This document shows, piece by piece, positions 47,654 through 56,975 of a stretch of 64,000 nucleotides of DNA (its first letter is position 1; each line of letters starts with the position of its first letter). A model generated the notes under the pieces. The model did not search any database, was not told the origin of the DNA, and saw only the letters and a program-made list of their open reading frames with translations. The position numbers and the translations under genes were made by a program. Source of the DNA: Spirochaetia bacterium (GTDB taxonomy: Bacteria > Spirochaetota > Spirochaetia > SZUA-6 > Fen-1364); contig JBEKQU010000008.1 of assembly GCA_049519415.1 (NCBI GenBank), forward strand, positions 24,516-88,515, read 5' to 3'.

Positions 47654-48841
47654 CTATTTCCTGGCGCGGCGCGTGGCCACGTCAAAAATAACGGCTGCCG
47701 CGAGCACGGCACCCCTGACGATGTACTGGGAGGAGATGTCGACGCCCATGAGGTTCATGCCGTTCATCAGGGACATGTACACCAGCGCTCCGACCAGCGA
47801 CCCGGCGATCTTGCCCACTCCGCCCGCCGCTGATACGCCGCCGATGTATGCCGCGGCAATTGCGTCCAGCTCGAAGAGGGTCCCCCCCGTGGTCGTTGCG
47901 GAACGCAGCCGGGAGGCGAACAGAATGCCCGAAACCGAGCAGAGCAAGCCCATGGAGCCGAACACGATCATCGTGATGCGCTTTACATTGATGCCGCTGA
48001 GCTCCGCCGCCTCGGGGTTGCCGCCGACCGCGTAGATGTGCCTCCCCAGGATCGTCTGCTTGGTGACGAAATGATAGACGATCACCACGACCAGCACGAT
48101 GACCACGGTCCAGGACATGCCGTTGTATCCGGCGAGAATCCACGTGACAAGGCCGATGACCACGGACAGAAACACAATTTTTATGACAAACATGTCCATG
48201 GGCAGCACTTCAAAGTTGTAGGCCTGCTTGTTCCTGCGCGTCCTGATCTGGCTCACGATGCTGAAGATTATGGCCAGTACTCCGAGGAGCAGGGTCAGCT
48301 TGTGGACGCCGGGCAGGAAACTGCTATCCAGGGGGAGAATGTCCGGGATGTATCCATTGCCGATGGCGATAAACACGGGATCAGGGATGATGATCGTGCC
48401 GGACTTCAGGGTCACCAGGAGCAGGGCGCCGCGGTAGATCAGCCATCCCGCCAGAGAGGCGACGAACGAGGGAATCCCCAGCCGTGCAACGGGCAGGGCC
48501 GTGAGCAGACCGGCAGCGATGCCGAGAACGAGAACAAAAGGGAGGACCAGGTAGACCGAAAGATGCCAGAACACAAGCGCAATCGCCGCGATGGCGCCTA
48601 GAAAACCCGAAAGAAAGCCTACCGACAGGTCGATGTGTCGGATGACGATGACAAGCGTCATGCCGACGGCCAGCACGGCGATGTATCCCGACTGGTTCAG
48701 AAGGTTGGCGATGTTGCGCGACGAGATGAACAAGCCTTGCGTGGTGATGGTGAAAATCCCCATGATCACGATCATGGCAATGTACATGCCATAGTCGCGA
48801 ACGTTCTGCCGTAGTGCCTTTGAAACATCGTTCGTCGTCAT
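47654..48841 (-). CDS. gguB: CUT2 sugar ABC permease (GguB/XylH-like)
   Basis: IDLSVG, GRHIYAVGGNPEAAELSGI, FELDAIAAAYIGG. Confidence 0.85.
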   Translation of the reverse strand: MTTNDVSKALRQNVRDYGMYIAMIVIMGIFTITTQGLFISSRNIANLLNQSGYIAVLAVGMTLVIVIRHIDLSVGFLSGFLGAIAAIALVFWHLSVYLVLPFVLVLGIAAGLLTALPVARLGIPSFVASLAGWLIYRGALLLVTLKSGTIIIPDPVFIAIGNGYIPDILPLDSSFLPGVHKLTLLLGVLAIIFSIVSQIRTRRNKQAYNFEVLPMDMFVIKIVFLSVVIGLVTWILAGYNGMSWTVVIVLVVVIVYHFVTKQTILGRHIYAVGGNPEAAELSGINVKRITMIVFGSMGLLCSVSGILFASRLRSATTTGGTLFELDAIAAAYIGGVSAAGGVGKIAGSLVGALVYMSLMNGMNLMGVDISSQYIVRGAVLAAAVIFDVATRRARK

Positions 48842-48851
48842 GGTGCTCCTC

Positions 48852-50372
48852 CTAACTCGTTGCCAACTGCATGATCTTTTCCTGCGTCGCTTCTTCTACC
48901 GGCAGCTCGCCAGTGATCCTTCCCGTAGAAATGACGTAGATCCTGTCGCTCATCCCGAGGATCTCGGGCAGCTCTGAGGAGATCATGATGATGCTCATCC
49001 CCTCCGCCACGAGCCTGTTCATGATGGTGTAGATCTCGTATTTCGCGCCCACGTCGATGCCCCGGGTCGGCTCGTCGAGGAACAGCACGTCCGGTTTAAC
49101 GAAGAGCCATTTGGCCACGGATACCTTCTGCTGGTTGCCGCCGCTGAGGTTGGAGACGGTCTGCTCGAGGCTCGGGGTCTTGATGCTGAGGGCCGTCTTG
49201 TACTCATCGGCGGCCTTCACCTCGGCGTTGTTGTTCACGATGCCCCGGTTGGAGATCTCCTTGAGGTTGGCCAGGGTGATATTCTGTTTCACGTCGGCGA
49301 TCAGGATCAGCCCATTGCCCTTGCGGTCTTCCGTTGCGTATGCGACCCTATCCTCGATGGCGTCATGGGGATGATGGAAATGCTCTGTCAACCCACGCAC
49401 GGAAAGCTCGCCGCTGATCCTGAAATGGTCGGGGTTTCCAAAGATGCTCCGCGCAAGCTCGGTCCTGCCCGAACCCATGAGACCCGCAAACCCCACGATC
49501 TCGCCCTTCTTCACATTGAATGAAATGTCCTTGAGGATGCTCCGGCCAAGAGCGGGGTTGTAGGCGTTCCAGCCCTTCACCTCCAGCACCACTTCATCCG
49601 ATATCTTGTGCGTCCGCCGTGGAAAGACGTTGTCGATCTCGCGTCCCACCATGTGCTTGATGAGCACGGCCTCGGACACCTCGCCTTTGTGAGAGTCGAG
49701 GGTGCAGATGGTCTGCCCGTCGCGGAGCACGGTCACCGTGTCCGCGATCTGGATCACTTCCCTGAGCTTGTGGCTGATCATGACGATGGTGACGCCCTGG
49801 CTCTTCAGCCCCCGGATGATCTCGAACAGGTTCTGGCAATCGTCCTCGTTCAGGGCCGCGGTAGGCTCGTCCAGGACGAGAAGCCTCACGTCCCTGCTTA
49901 TCGCCTTGGCGATCTCCACAAGCTGCTGTTTCCCCACGCCCAGGTCCTTCACCTTGGTGTCGGGATTGACCTCGAGCCTCACCTTCTTGAGAATCTCGCC
50001 CGCCTTCTTGATCGTCTCGTTCCAATCAACGAGAAATCCCCGGCTGATCTCGTGCCCGAGGAAGATGTTCTCGTACACCGTCATCTCGGGCACAAGGGCA
50101 AGCTCCTGGTAGATGATCGCGATGCCGGTCCGTTCGCTGTCGGAAATGCTCCGGAACGCCTGCGGCTTGCCGTTGTAGATGATGTCGCCCGTGTACTCGC
50201 CATACGGGTGGACCCCGCTCAACACCTTCATGAGCGTGGACTTGCCGGCGCCGTTCTCCCCGACAAGGCAGTGGATCTCTCCCTGCGCGACGCTGAAGGT
50301 CACATTGCTCAGAGCAATAACCCCGGGGAAGATCTTTGTGATGTTTCTCATTTCCAGCAGGGGCGTGTTCAT
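48852..50372 (-). CDS. gguA: CUT2 sugar ABC ATP-binding protein (GguA/XylG-like)
   Basis: Two ABC domains; GENGAGKST, LSGGNQQK, DEPTRGIDVGAK. Confidence 0.88.
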   Translation of the reverse strand: MNTPLLEMRNITKIFPGVIALSNVTFSVAQGEIHCLVGENGAGKSTLMKVLSGVHPYGEYTGDIIYNGKPQAFRSISDSERTGIAIIYQELALVPEMTVYENIFLGHEISRGFLVDWNETIKKAGEILKKVRLEVNPDTKVKDLGVGKQQLVEIAKAISRDVRLLVLDEPTAALNEDDCQNLFEIIRGLKSQGVTIVMISHKLREVIQIADTVTVLRDGQTICTLDSHKGEVSEAVLIKHMVGREIDNVFPRRTHKISDEVVLEVKGWNAYNPALGRSILKDISFNVKKGEIVGFAGLMGSGRTELARSIFGNPDHFRISGELSVRGLTEHFHHPHDAIEDRVAYATEDRKGNGLILIADVKQNITLANLKEISNRGIVNNNAEVKAADEYKTALSIKTPSLEQTVSNLSGGNQQKVSVAKWLFVKPDVLFLDEPTRGIDVGAKYEIYTIMNRLVAEGMSIIMISSELPEILGMSDRIYVISTGRITGELPVEEATQEKIMQLATS

Positions 50373-50418
50373 GTCGGCTGCGCCTCCTCGTGAAACAGAT
50401 TGGCGGTACTTAGAGTAA

Positions 50419-50452
50419 AGGAATAGTGGTGTTGATGTCCACCACTATTCCT
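50419..50452 (-). terminator. 13-bp perfect hairpin between the binding-protein and ATPase genes (partial terminator or mRNA stabiliser)
   Basis: AGGAATAGTGGTG-N8-CACCACTATTCCT. Confidence 0.75.
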
Positions 50453-50487
50453 GTTGTACGAACCTTTTTCGATTGAGAATCAGTGCC

Positions 50488-51588
50488 TTACAGGCCCGTG
50501 AACTCGCTGGCGGGCCAGTAGCCGGAATCGACGATCTCGGCTTTCACGTTGTCCTTCGTCACGGTGATGATGGCGGAAGGCTTTGCCGGGACATCGATCT
50601 TGCCGTTGTTGTAGGTGTTGGTCTTCTCGGGCGTCTGGCCCTTGAGGTAGGCCTGGGCAGCGGCGACGGCGTCCTTCACCAGAACGCGCACGTCCTTGAG
50701 AACGGTCATCGACTGCTTGCCGTCGATGATGTACTGGATGGAGGCTTTCTCAGCATCCTGGCCGGTGATGTAGTACTTGGTGACGGCCTTGTCGGCGGCG
50801 AACGCGTCCGCGATGGAGCGCGCGGTGCCGTCATTCGGTGCGCAGATGTACACGATGCCCTTGTCCTTGGCCTTGGCTGCGGTAAGGTTGGCCTCGGCAA
50901 GGTTCTTGGCGTCGTTGAACTGCCAGTTGGTGGTCACCTGGCTGATGATCTTTGCCTCTTCATCGCGAGTGAGGGTGGCCTTGCCTTTGAGGGCGACGGC
51001 TTCGCTGGAGTTCTTGATCACGAAGGTTCCGTCGGCGATCTTTGGCTGCAGCACGCTCCACGCTCCCTGGAAGAAGAGGAAGGCGTTGTTGTCGGACGCG
51101 GCGCCGGCATACAGATACAGGTTGTTTCCCTTGCCCTTGGCATTGTCGGACAGGTACTGGCCCCACGCGGCGCCGACCGCGACGCTGTCGAAGGTCACGT
51201 AATAGTCGACGGACGCCGAGTCACGGATGAGCCTGTCGTAGGAGATCACCTTCACGCCCGCGGCATGCGCCTTATCAGCGGCAGCGGCAGCGGCAGATGC
51301 GTCCTGGGGGCAGATGATGAGGACTTTGATCCCCTTGGTGATTAGAGAGTCGACATTCGCGCTCTCCTTTGCGGAGTCGCCCTGGCTGAACAGGATCTCG
51401 CTGGTGTAGCCAGCGGCCTTCAAAGCATCCTGGAACCGGGTCTCGTCCTGGATCCACCTCGGCTCATCCTTTGTCGGCAGAACGATTCCTACCTGGACCT
51501 TGGGCGCCTGCTTGCAGCTTGCAAGAAACGCAACGGTAGGGATGGCCAACGCGAAGAGGCCGAGCAGTAGAAATGCACGTCGTTTCAT
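50488..51588 (-). CDS. chvE: ChvE/SbpA-like multiple-sugar-binding lipoprotein
   Basis: Lipobox LASC; PTKDEPRW, ISYDRLI, DNNA, PNDG, TGQDAE, TVLKD. Confidence 0.85.
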   Translation of the reverse strand: MKRRAFLLLGLFALAIPTVAFLASCKQAPKVQVGIVLPTKDEPRWIQDETRFQDALKAAGYTSEILFSQGDSAKESANVDSLITKGIKVLIICPQDASAAAAAADKAHAAGVKVISYDRLIRDSASVDYYVTFDSVAVGAAWGQYLSDNAKGKGNNLYLYAGAASDNNAFLFFQGAWSVLQPKIADGTFVIKNSSEAVALKGKATLTRDEEAKIISQVTTNWQFNDAKNLAEANLTAAKAKDKGIVYICAPNDGTARSIADAFAADKAVTKYYITGQDAEKASIQYIIDGKQSMTVLKDVRVLVKDAVAAAQAYLKGQTPEKTNTYNNGKIDVPAKPSAIITVTKDNVKAEIVDSGYWPASEFTGL

Positions 51589-51618
51589 ATCTTAGAGTCC
51601 TCCTTGAGCTTATTGTCG

Positions 51619-51635
51619 TGCAATAAGAGTGCCAA
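51619..51635 (-). promoter_or_regulatory. Sigma54 (-24/-12) promoter of the chvE-gguAB operon
   Basis: Minus strand TTGGCAC-tctta-TTGCA matches the TGGCAC-N5-TTGCA consensus; followed by AAGGAGG RBS. Confidence 0.88.
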
Positions 51636-51736
51636 GAGAGACGAAGGAATATTTATATTTAATTACTTACAATATATAGAATTATTAAAACACCTTTTTC
51701 CGGCATCGAAATCGAATTGATAATTCCAGGGAGAAA

Positions 51737-51833
51737 TGTGTCAACAGGGTAACAGTTGCGTCATTGCGGAGGAAAAACCCATGGAAACCGTTACCCTTTC
51801 GAAACATCGGATGTCACCCGAAAGAAACATCCG
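51737..51833. promoter_or_regulatory. Three upstream activator sequences, consensus YGTYACCC-N4-GAMACA (TGT-N12-ACA type)
   Basis: 51737-51754 (minus, TGTTACCCTGTTGACACA), 51789-51806 (CGTTACCCTTTCGAAACA), 51812-51829 (TGTCACCCGAAAGAAACA). Confidence 0.7.
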
Positions 51834-51865
51834 CGGCATGATTCGCCGCTCCTCGACTGAAAACC

Positions 51866-51894
51866 TTGACTTTTGACCGGCCTGACCGTATCGT
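51866..51894 (+). promoter_or_regulatory. sigma70 promoter of the arabinose catabolic operon
   Basis: TTGACT-N17-TATCGT, then AAGGAG RBS before ATG 51931. Confidence 0.7.
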
Positions 51895-51930
51895 GTCCGG
51901 CGCGATTCCAAGAAATTCAAGGAGAATCCG

Positions 51931-53364
51931 ATGCTGACACTCGGCGTGCTGGTGGGCAACCGGGGCTTCTTTCCCTCGGAATTGTGCGAAAAAGGAAGAA
52001 AGACGATCCTCGCCGTTCTGGAGGAGGAGGGCTTCGGCGCGATTGCCCTGACTCCAAAGGACACAAAGTACGGCTCCGTGGAATCGTGGTCCGACGCGAA
52101 GAAATGCGCCGACCTGTTCAAGGCCAACCGCGAGAAGATCGATGGGATCCTCGTCACGCTCCCGAACTTCGGCGACGAGAGGGGGATCGCGGATACGCTG
52201 CGTCTTGCCGGCCTGGACGTGCCCGTGCTCGTGCACGCGTTCCCCGACGAGCCGGGCAGGATGACGATCGAGCATCGGCGCGACAGTTTCTGCGGCAAGA
52301 TGTCCGTCTGCAACAACCTAGGCCAGTACGGCATCCGGTTCTCTCTCACCTCCCAGCACACCATGGATCCCGAGGCCGCAGAGTTCCGCCAGGACCTGCG
52401 GGATTTCGGGGCGGTCTGCAGGGTGGTGAGGTCGCTGCGTGGGGCGCGTTTCGGCCAGATCGGCGCGCGGCCCGCGGCGTTCGTCACCGTGCGCTACAGC
52501 GAGAAGCTCCTGGAAGGCTCCGGCATCTCCGTGGAAAGCCTCGACCTTTCCGAGCTCTTCGGGAGGGCATGGAACCTGAAGGACAAGGATTCGGCCGTGC
52601 TGTCGAAGCTGGACGAGATCAGAGATTACGTGAAGACCACCAAGATCCCCCGGGAATCCCTTGTGCGCATGGCCAAGTTCTCCGTGGTGCTGGAGCAGTA
52701 CGTCAAGGAGCGGGAGCTGGCCGGCACGGCGATCCAATGCTGGACTTCCATGGAAGAGAATTTCGGCGTTGTGCCCTGCACGGCCATGAGCATGCTGAGC
52801 AATGCCCTGATCCCGAGCGCGTGCGAAACGGACATCACGGGGCTGGTGGGGATGTACGCCATGCTGCAGGCATCGGGGAAGCCCAGCGCGCTGGCGGACT
52901 GGAACAACAACTACTCCGATGACCCGGACAAGTGCGTGCTGTTCCACTGCAGCAACTTTCCACAGGATTTCTTCGGGAAAAAAGGTGTCATGGACTACCA
53001 GGAAATCATCGCGGGCACGGTGGGCCGGGAGAAAACATACGGGACCATTGCGGGAAAGCTGCGGCCGACGGATTTCACCTACTGCCGCGTCTCCACGGAC
53101 GACACGGCGGGGAGGGTGCGCGCGTACGTCGGCGAGGGGGAGATCACGAAGGACCCCATCACCACCTTCGGCGGATACGGCGTCGCCCGCATCCCGCGGC
53201 TGCAGGGCCTGCTGCGCCACATCTGCGTCCGAGGGTACGAGCATCACGTGGCAATCAACCCCGCGCGCGTGGCTGGGCCGGTGGAGGAGGCTTTCACGCG
53301 CTACCTGGGATGGGACGTGTACAATCACGACCGCGAGCATGCGGTCATAGATCGCGACGGTTGA
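51931..53364 (+). CDS. L-fucose/L-arabinose isomerase family protein (probable L-arabinose isomerase)
   Basis: NRGFFP, NFGDE, RRDSFCGK, IQCW, ACETD, FHCSN, YEHHVA; sits directly before araB and araD. Confidence 0.8.
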   Translation: MLTLGVLVGNRGFFPSELCEKGRKTILAVLEEEGFGAIALTPKDTKYGSVESWSDAKKCADLFKANREKIDGILVTLPNFGDERGIADTLRLAGLDVPVLVHAFPDEPGRMTIEHRRDSFCGKMSVCNNLGQYGIRFSLTSQHTMDPEAAEFRQDLRDFGAVCRVVRSLRGARFGQIGARPAAFVTVRYSEKLLEGSGISVESLDLSELFGRAWNLKDKDSAVLSKLDEIRDYVKTTKIPRESLVRMAKFSVVLEQYVKERELAGTAIQCWTSMEENFGVVPCTAMSMLSNALIPSACETDITGLVGMYAMLQASGKPSALADWNNNYSDDPDKCVLFHCSNFPQDFFGKKGVMDYQEIIAGTVGREKTYGTIAGKLRPTDFTYCRVSTDDTAGRVRAYVGEGEITKDPITTFGGYGVARIPRLQGLLRHICVRGYEHHVAINPARVAGPVEEAFTRYLGWDVYNHDREHAVIDRDG

Positions 53365-53374
53365 GGAGGGGGCA

Positions 53375-55081
53375 ATGGCGAAAGAGACGCTGATCATAGG
53401 GATTGATTTTGGCACTGATTCTGTGCGATCCGTGGTGATCGATGGGCAGACGGGGAAGGAGCTGGGGACAGAGGTCGCCTCCTATCGGCGCTGGGCCGGG
53501 GGAAAGTATTGCGACCCGGGAAAGAACATGTTCCGCCAGCATCCGCTGGATTACATCGAGGGCATGGAATCGTCGGTCAAAGGGGCTCTGGCTAGCTGCG
53601 GCAAGCGCGCGGGCAAAAGCGTGGCCGCGATCGGCATCGACACCACCGGCTCCACCCCGTGCGCGGTGGATCGGTCGGGGATCCCGCTGTCCCTAACAAA
53701 GGGTTTCGAGGAAAACCCTGACGCGATGTTCATCCTCTGGAAGGACCACACCGGGGTGAAGGAAGCGGAGCGCATCAATGCAGCCTCCCGGACCTGGGGC
53801 GGCACGGATTTCACCAAGTACGAAGGCGGCGTCTATTCCTCCGAATGGTTCTGGTCCAAGATCCTCCACGTTCTGAGGGCCGATCCCAAGGTGCGCGGCG
53901 CGGCCTTCTCCTGGGTGGAGCACTGCGACTGGATGCCGGCGCTGCTCACGGGGTCCACCGATCCCCTCTCCCTGAAGAGGAGCCGGTGCGCGGCCGGGCA
54001 CAAGGCCATGTGGCACCCCGATTGGGAAGGGCTTCCCCCCGAGGCTTTCCTGGTCAAGGTGGATCCGCTCCTGCGCGGGCTGCGCGCCCGGCTGTACAGT
54101 GAAACGCACACCTCCGACGCCAGCGCCGGGGGACTCTCCGCGGAATGGGCCAAGCGCCTCGGGCTGCCCCCCGGCATCGCGGTCGCCGTCGGAGCGTTCG
54201 ACGCCCACATGGGCGCCGTGGGCGGCGGCATCACGGACCGCACCCTCGTGAAGATCATGGGCACCTCCACGTGCGACATGCTCGTGGCCCCGGCCAGGGC
54301 CGTGGGCGCCAAATGCGTGGCCGGCATCTGCGGCCAGGTGGACGGCTCCATCATCCCGGGCATGATCGGCCTGGAGGCGGGCCAGTCGGCGTTCGGCGAC
54401 GTGTATGCGTGGTTCAAGGACCTGCTCTCCTGGCCGCTGCACGACGCGGCGGCCGGGGCACGCGGAGCTAAGGGCGGCGCGCGGGCAAAGGGCGGCGCCG
54501 CCGCCATGGCGCAGGCGCGCAGGGACATCGAGGGGACCATACTCGACAGGCTGGCGGCTGACGCGGCCCAGGTGGACCCGGACGAATCCACCGTCGCCGC
54601 CCTGGACTGGCTGAACGGCAGGCGCACGCCGTTCGCGGATCAGACGCTCAAGGGCGCGATCGTGGGCCTCACCCTGGGCGCCACGGCGCCGAAGATTTTC
54701 CGCGCGCTCGTGGAAGCCACGGCTTTCGGATCCCGGGCCATCGTTGAGCAGTTCAGGAAGGAAGGGGTGCCGATCAACGCGGTCATCGCGCAGGGAGGCA
54801 TCGCGCGCAAGAGCCCCTTTGTCATGCAGGTCACGGCCGACATCCTGGGCATGCCCCTCCGGGTGGTCGCCTCCGACCAGGCCTGCGCTCTAGGCGCGGG
54901 AATGCTCGCCGCCGTGGCGGGAGGCATCCACCCGTCCGTTGCCGCGGCGCAGAAGCGGATGGGGAGCGGCTTTGACATGACATTCAAACCGGACAAGAGG
55001 CGCTCCGCCCGCTACCAGGCGCTGTATCGCCGCTATACGGAGCTGGGAAAAGCCCTCGAGCCCCTGCTGCGCAGCCTATGA
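53375..55081 (+). CDS. araB: L-ribulokinase
   Basis: IGIDFGTDS, LWKDHT, YSSEWFWSK, CAAGHKA, FDAH, GTSTC, EAGQSAFGD, DWLNGRRTP. Confidence 0.93.
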   Translation: MAKETLIIGIDFGTDSVRSVVIDGQTGKELGTEVASYRRWAGGKYCDPGKNMFRQHPLDYIEGMESSVKGALASCGKRAGKSVAAIGIDTTGSTPCAVDRSGIPLSLTKGFEENPDAMFILWKDHTGVKEAERINAASRTWGGTDFTKYEGGVYSSEWFWSKILHVLRADPKVRGAAFSWVEHCDWMPALLTGSTDPLSLKRSRCAAGHKAMWHPDWEGLPPEAFLVKVDPLLRGLRARLYSETHTSDASAGGLSAEWAKRLGLPPGIAVAVGAFDAHMGAVGGGITDRTLVKIMGTSTCDMLVAPARAVGAKCVAGICGQVDGSIIPGMIGLEAGQSAFGDVYAWFKDLLSWPLHDAAAGARGAKGGARAKGGAAAMAQARRDIEGTILDRLAADAAQVDPDESTVAALDWLNGRRTPFADQTLKGAIVGLTLGATAPKIFRALVEATAFGSRAIVEQFRKEGVPINAVIAQGGIARKSPFVMQVTADILGMPLRVVASDQACALGAGMLAAVAGGIHPSVAAAQKRMGSGFDMTFKPDKRRSARYQALYRRYTELGKALEPLLRSL

Positions 55082-55800
55082 AAGCAGCGGCCGGGAAGCG
55101 TCTCCTGCGCCTGCGGGAGGATGTCTACCGGGCGAATCTGAGCCTGGTAGATCATGGTCTGGTGGTCTCCACCTTCGGAAACGTCTCTGGCATCGACAGG
55201 GAGCTGGGGCTCATCGCCATCAAGCCCAGCGGCGTGGAGTACGCGGACCTCGCGCCCAAGAACATGGTCGTGCTGGACCTTGAAGGGAGAAAGGTGGAAG
55301 GCGATCTGAACCCCTCTTCGGACACCCGAACACATGTTCGGCTCTACCGGGAGTTCACCGACATCGGCGGGATTGTGCATACCCATTCCCGGCATGCAAC
55401 CGCGTGGGCGCAGGCCCGGCGTCCCCTGCCCTGCCTGGGAACCACACACGCCGATTACTTCCATGGCCAGATCCCCTGCACGGACGTCATCTCGGACCCG
55501 CAGATCGGCATGGACTACGAGGAGCAGACCGCGGTACAGATCATCGACGCATTTCGAAAAATCGACTACCGGGGGATGCCCGCGGTGCTGGTGGCCTCGC
55601 ACGGCCCCTTCACGTGGGGCAGGGACGCCGCCGAGGCAGTGTACCACGCATGGATGCTGGAGTACGCGGCAGAGATGGCGGCAATAGCGGTCCAGCTTAA
55701 TCCTCGGGTCCGGGGCATTAAACGGACGCTCCTGGACAAGCATTACCTGCGAAAGCATGGAAAAAACGCGTACTACGGACAGGAGGCCGGACATGGCTAA
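55078..55800 (+). CDS. araD: L-ribulose-5-phosphate 4-epimerase
   Basis: FGNVS, KPSG, PSSDT, HTHS, GTTHADYF, HGPF, KHG..AYYGQ. Confidence 0.93.
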   Translation: MKAAAGKRLLRLREDVYRANLSLVDHGLVVSTFGNVSGIDRELGLIAIKPSGVEYADLAPKNMVVLDLEGRKVEGDLNPSSDTRTHVRLYREFTDIGGIVHTHSRHATAWAQARRPLPCLGTTHADYFHGQIPCTDVISDPQIGMDYEEQTAVQIIDAFRKIDYRGMPAVLVASHGPFTWGRDAAEAVYHAWMLEYAAEMAAIAVQLNPRVRGIKRTLLDKHYLRKHGKNAYYGQEAGHG

Positions 55801-56875
55801 GGCAAGGATCGGCGTCATTGGATGCGGCAACATCAGCGAGATCTACCTGGGCAACCTCACGACGCGCTTCGCGAACGTGGAGGTGGCAGCCGTTGCCGAC
55901 CTGCTGCCGGAGCGTTCGGCGGAAAAGGCGGCCGCGCACGGCATCCCCAGGGCATGCTCGGTGGATGAGCTGCTCTCCGACTCATCCATCGAGGCCGTCC
56001 TCAACCTGACCATCCCTCTGGCGCACGCGGAGATATGCCTCGCCGCCCTTTCCGCGGGCAAGCACGTCTACACGGAAAAACCCCTCTCGGTTTCCTTGAA
56101 GGACGGCGAGCGCATCCTGAGCCTCGCGCGCAAGAAGGGCCTCCGGGTCGGCGCGGCCCCGGATACGTTTCTCGGTGCGGGCATCCAAACCTGCGTGCGG
56201 CTTATAGACGAGGGGGCAATCGGAGCGCCCGTCGCGGCCACGGCCTTCATGACCTGCCACGGCCACGAAAGCTGGCATCCGGACCCGGCCTTCTACTACG
56301 CGCAGGGCGGAGGCCCCGTTTTCGACATGGGCCCGTACTACTTCACGGCGCTCATCGCCATGCTGGGACCGGCGCGGCGCGTGTCGGGATCCGTTTCGCG
56401 AAGCTTTTCCCGGCGCGTGGTCGGATCAGGGCCAAAAGCCGGGGAGCTCATCGAGGTGATGGTGCCCACCCACGCGGCAGGCACAATCGACTTTGAGTGC
56501 GGCGCGGTGGCCACGTTCATCCTGTCGTTCGATATCTGGCACGCGGAGCTTCCGCGTATGGAGATCTACGGCAGCGATGGCACCTTAAGCGTCCCGGACC
56601 CGAACAGCTTCGGCGGTCCGGTGAGGATCAAGGGGGCGCAGGATAATGAGTGGCGGGAGGTGCCGGTGGAGCTGCCGTACGCGGAAAACTCCCGCGGTCT
56701 CGGGCTTTCCGAGATGATGGAGGCAATCGCCGCCAACCGGCCGCATCGGGCATCCGGCGATCTTGCCCTGCACGCGCTGGAAATCATGCACGCGGTGCAC
56801 GATGCGTCAAGCTCGGAGCGATACGCAAACCTCAGGTTTCCAGCGGCCCGGCCGGAGCCGTTCGCGCAGACGTAA
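55793..56875 (+). CDS. Gfo/Idh/MocA family oxidoreductase
   Basis: IGCGNIS, YTEKP, APDTFLG, WHPDP, DMGPYY. Confidence 0.9.
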   Translation: MAKARIGVIGCGNISEIYLGNLTTRFANVEVAAVADLLPERSAEKAAAHGIPRACSVDELLSDSSIEAVLNLTIPLAHAEICLAALSAGKHVYTEKPLSVSLKDGERILSLARKKGLRVGAAPDTFLGAGIQTCVRLIDEGAIGAPVAATAFMTCHGHESWHPDPAFYYAQGGGPVFDMGPYYFTALIAMLGPARRVSGSVSRSFSRRVVGSGPKAGELIEVMVPTHAAGTIDFECGAVATFILSFDIWHAELPRMEIYGSDGTLSVPDPNSFGGPVRIKGAQDNEWREVPVELPYAENSRGLGLSEMMEAIAANRPHRASGDLALHALEIMHAVHDASSSERYANLRFPAARPEPFAQT

Positions 56876-56975
56876 GCGGGGCCGGCGCACGCCGCCTCAG
56901 GAGCCAGCCGCTCGCGCATGCATGATTCAAGCGGCGCGTTGACGGCCTCGGACACCGGTAGTATCGTAGAAGGCC

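Noticed and set aside
51717-51744. TTGACA on the minus strand as a sigma70 promoter for chvE
   Set aside because: No good -10 at 17 bp; the hexamer lies inside an activator site and a consensus sigma54 promoter sits closer to the gene.
51746-51797. Inverted repeat AGGGTAACAGTT / AACCGTTACCCT, first read as LacI-type operators
   Set aside because: Better explained as parts of the three TGT-N12-ACA activator sites. No LacI gene is nearby, while a sigma54 promoter and activator are present.
2632-53415. Many long antisense or alternate-frame ORFs (e.g. 2632-4026, 6372-8234, 13246-14976, 28520-30091, 41192-42808, 45925-47430, 52318-53415)
   Set aside because: Shadow ORFs of well-supported genes, expected from stop-codon scarcity at high GC; no motifs recognised.
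54445-54510. Low-complexity AKGGARAKGG insertion in araB
   Set aside because: Short in-frame duplication in a variable loop; nothing suggests phase variation or function.
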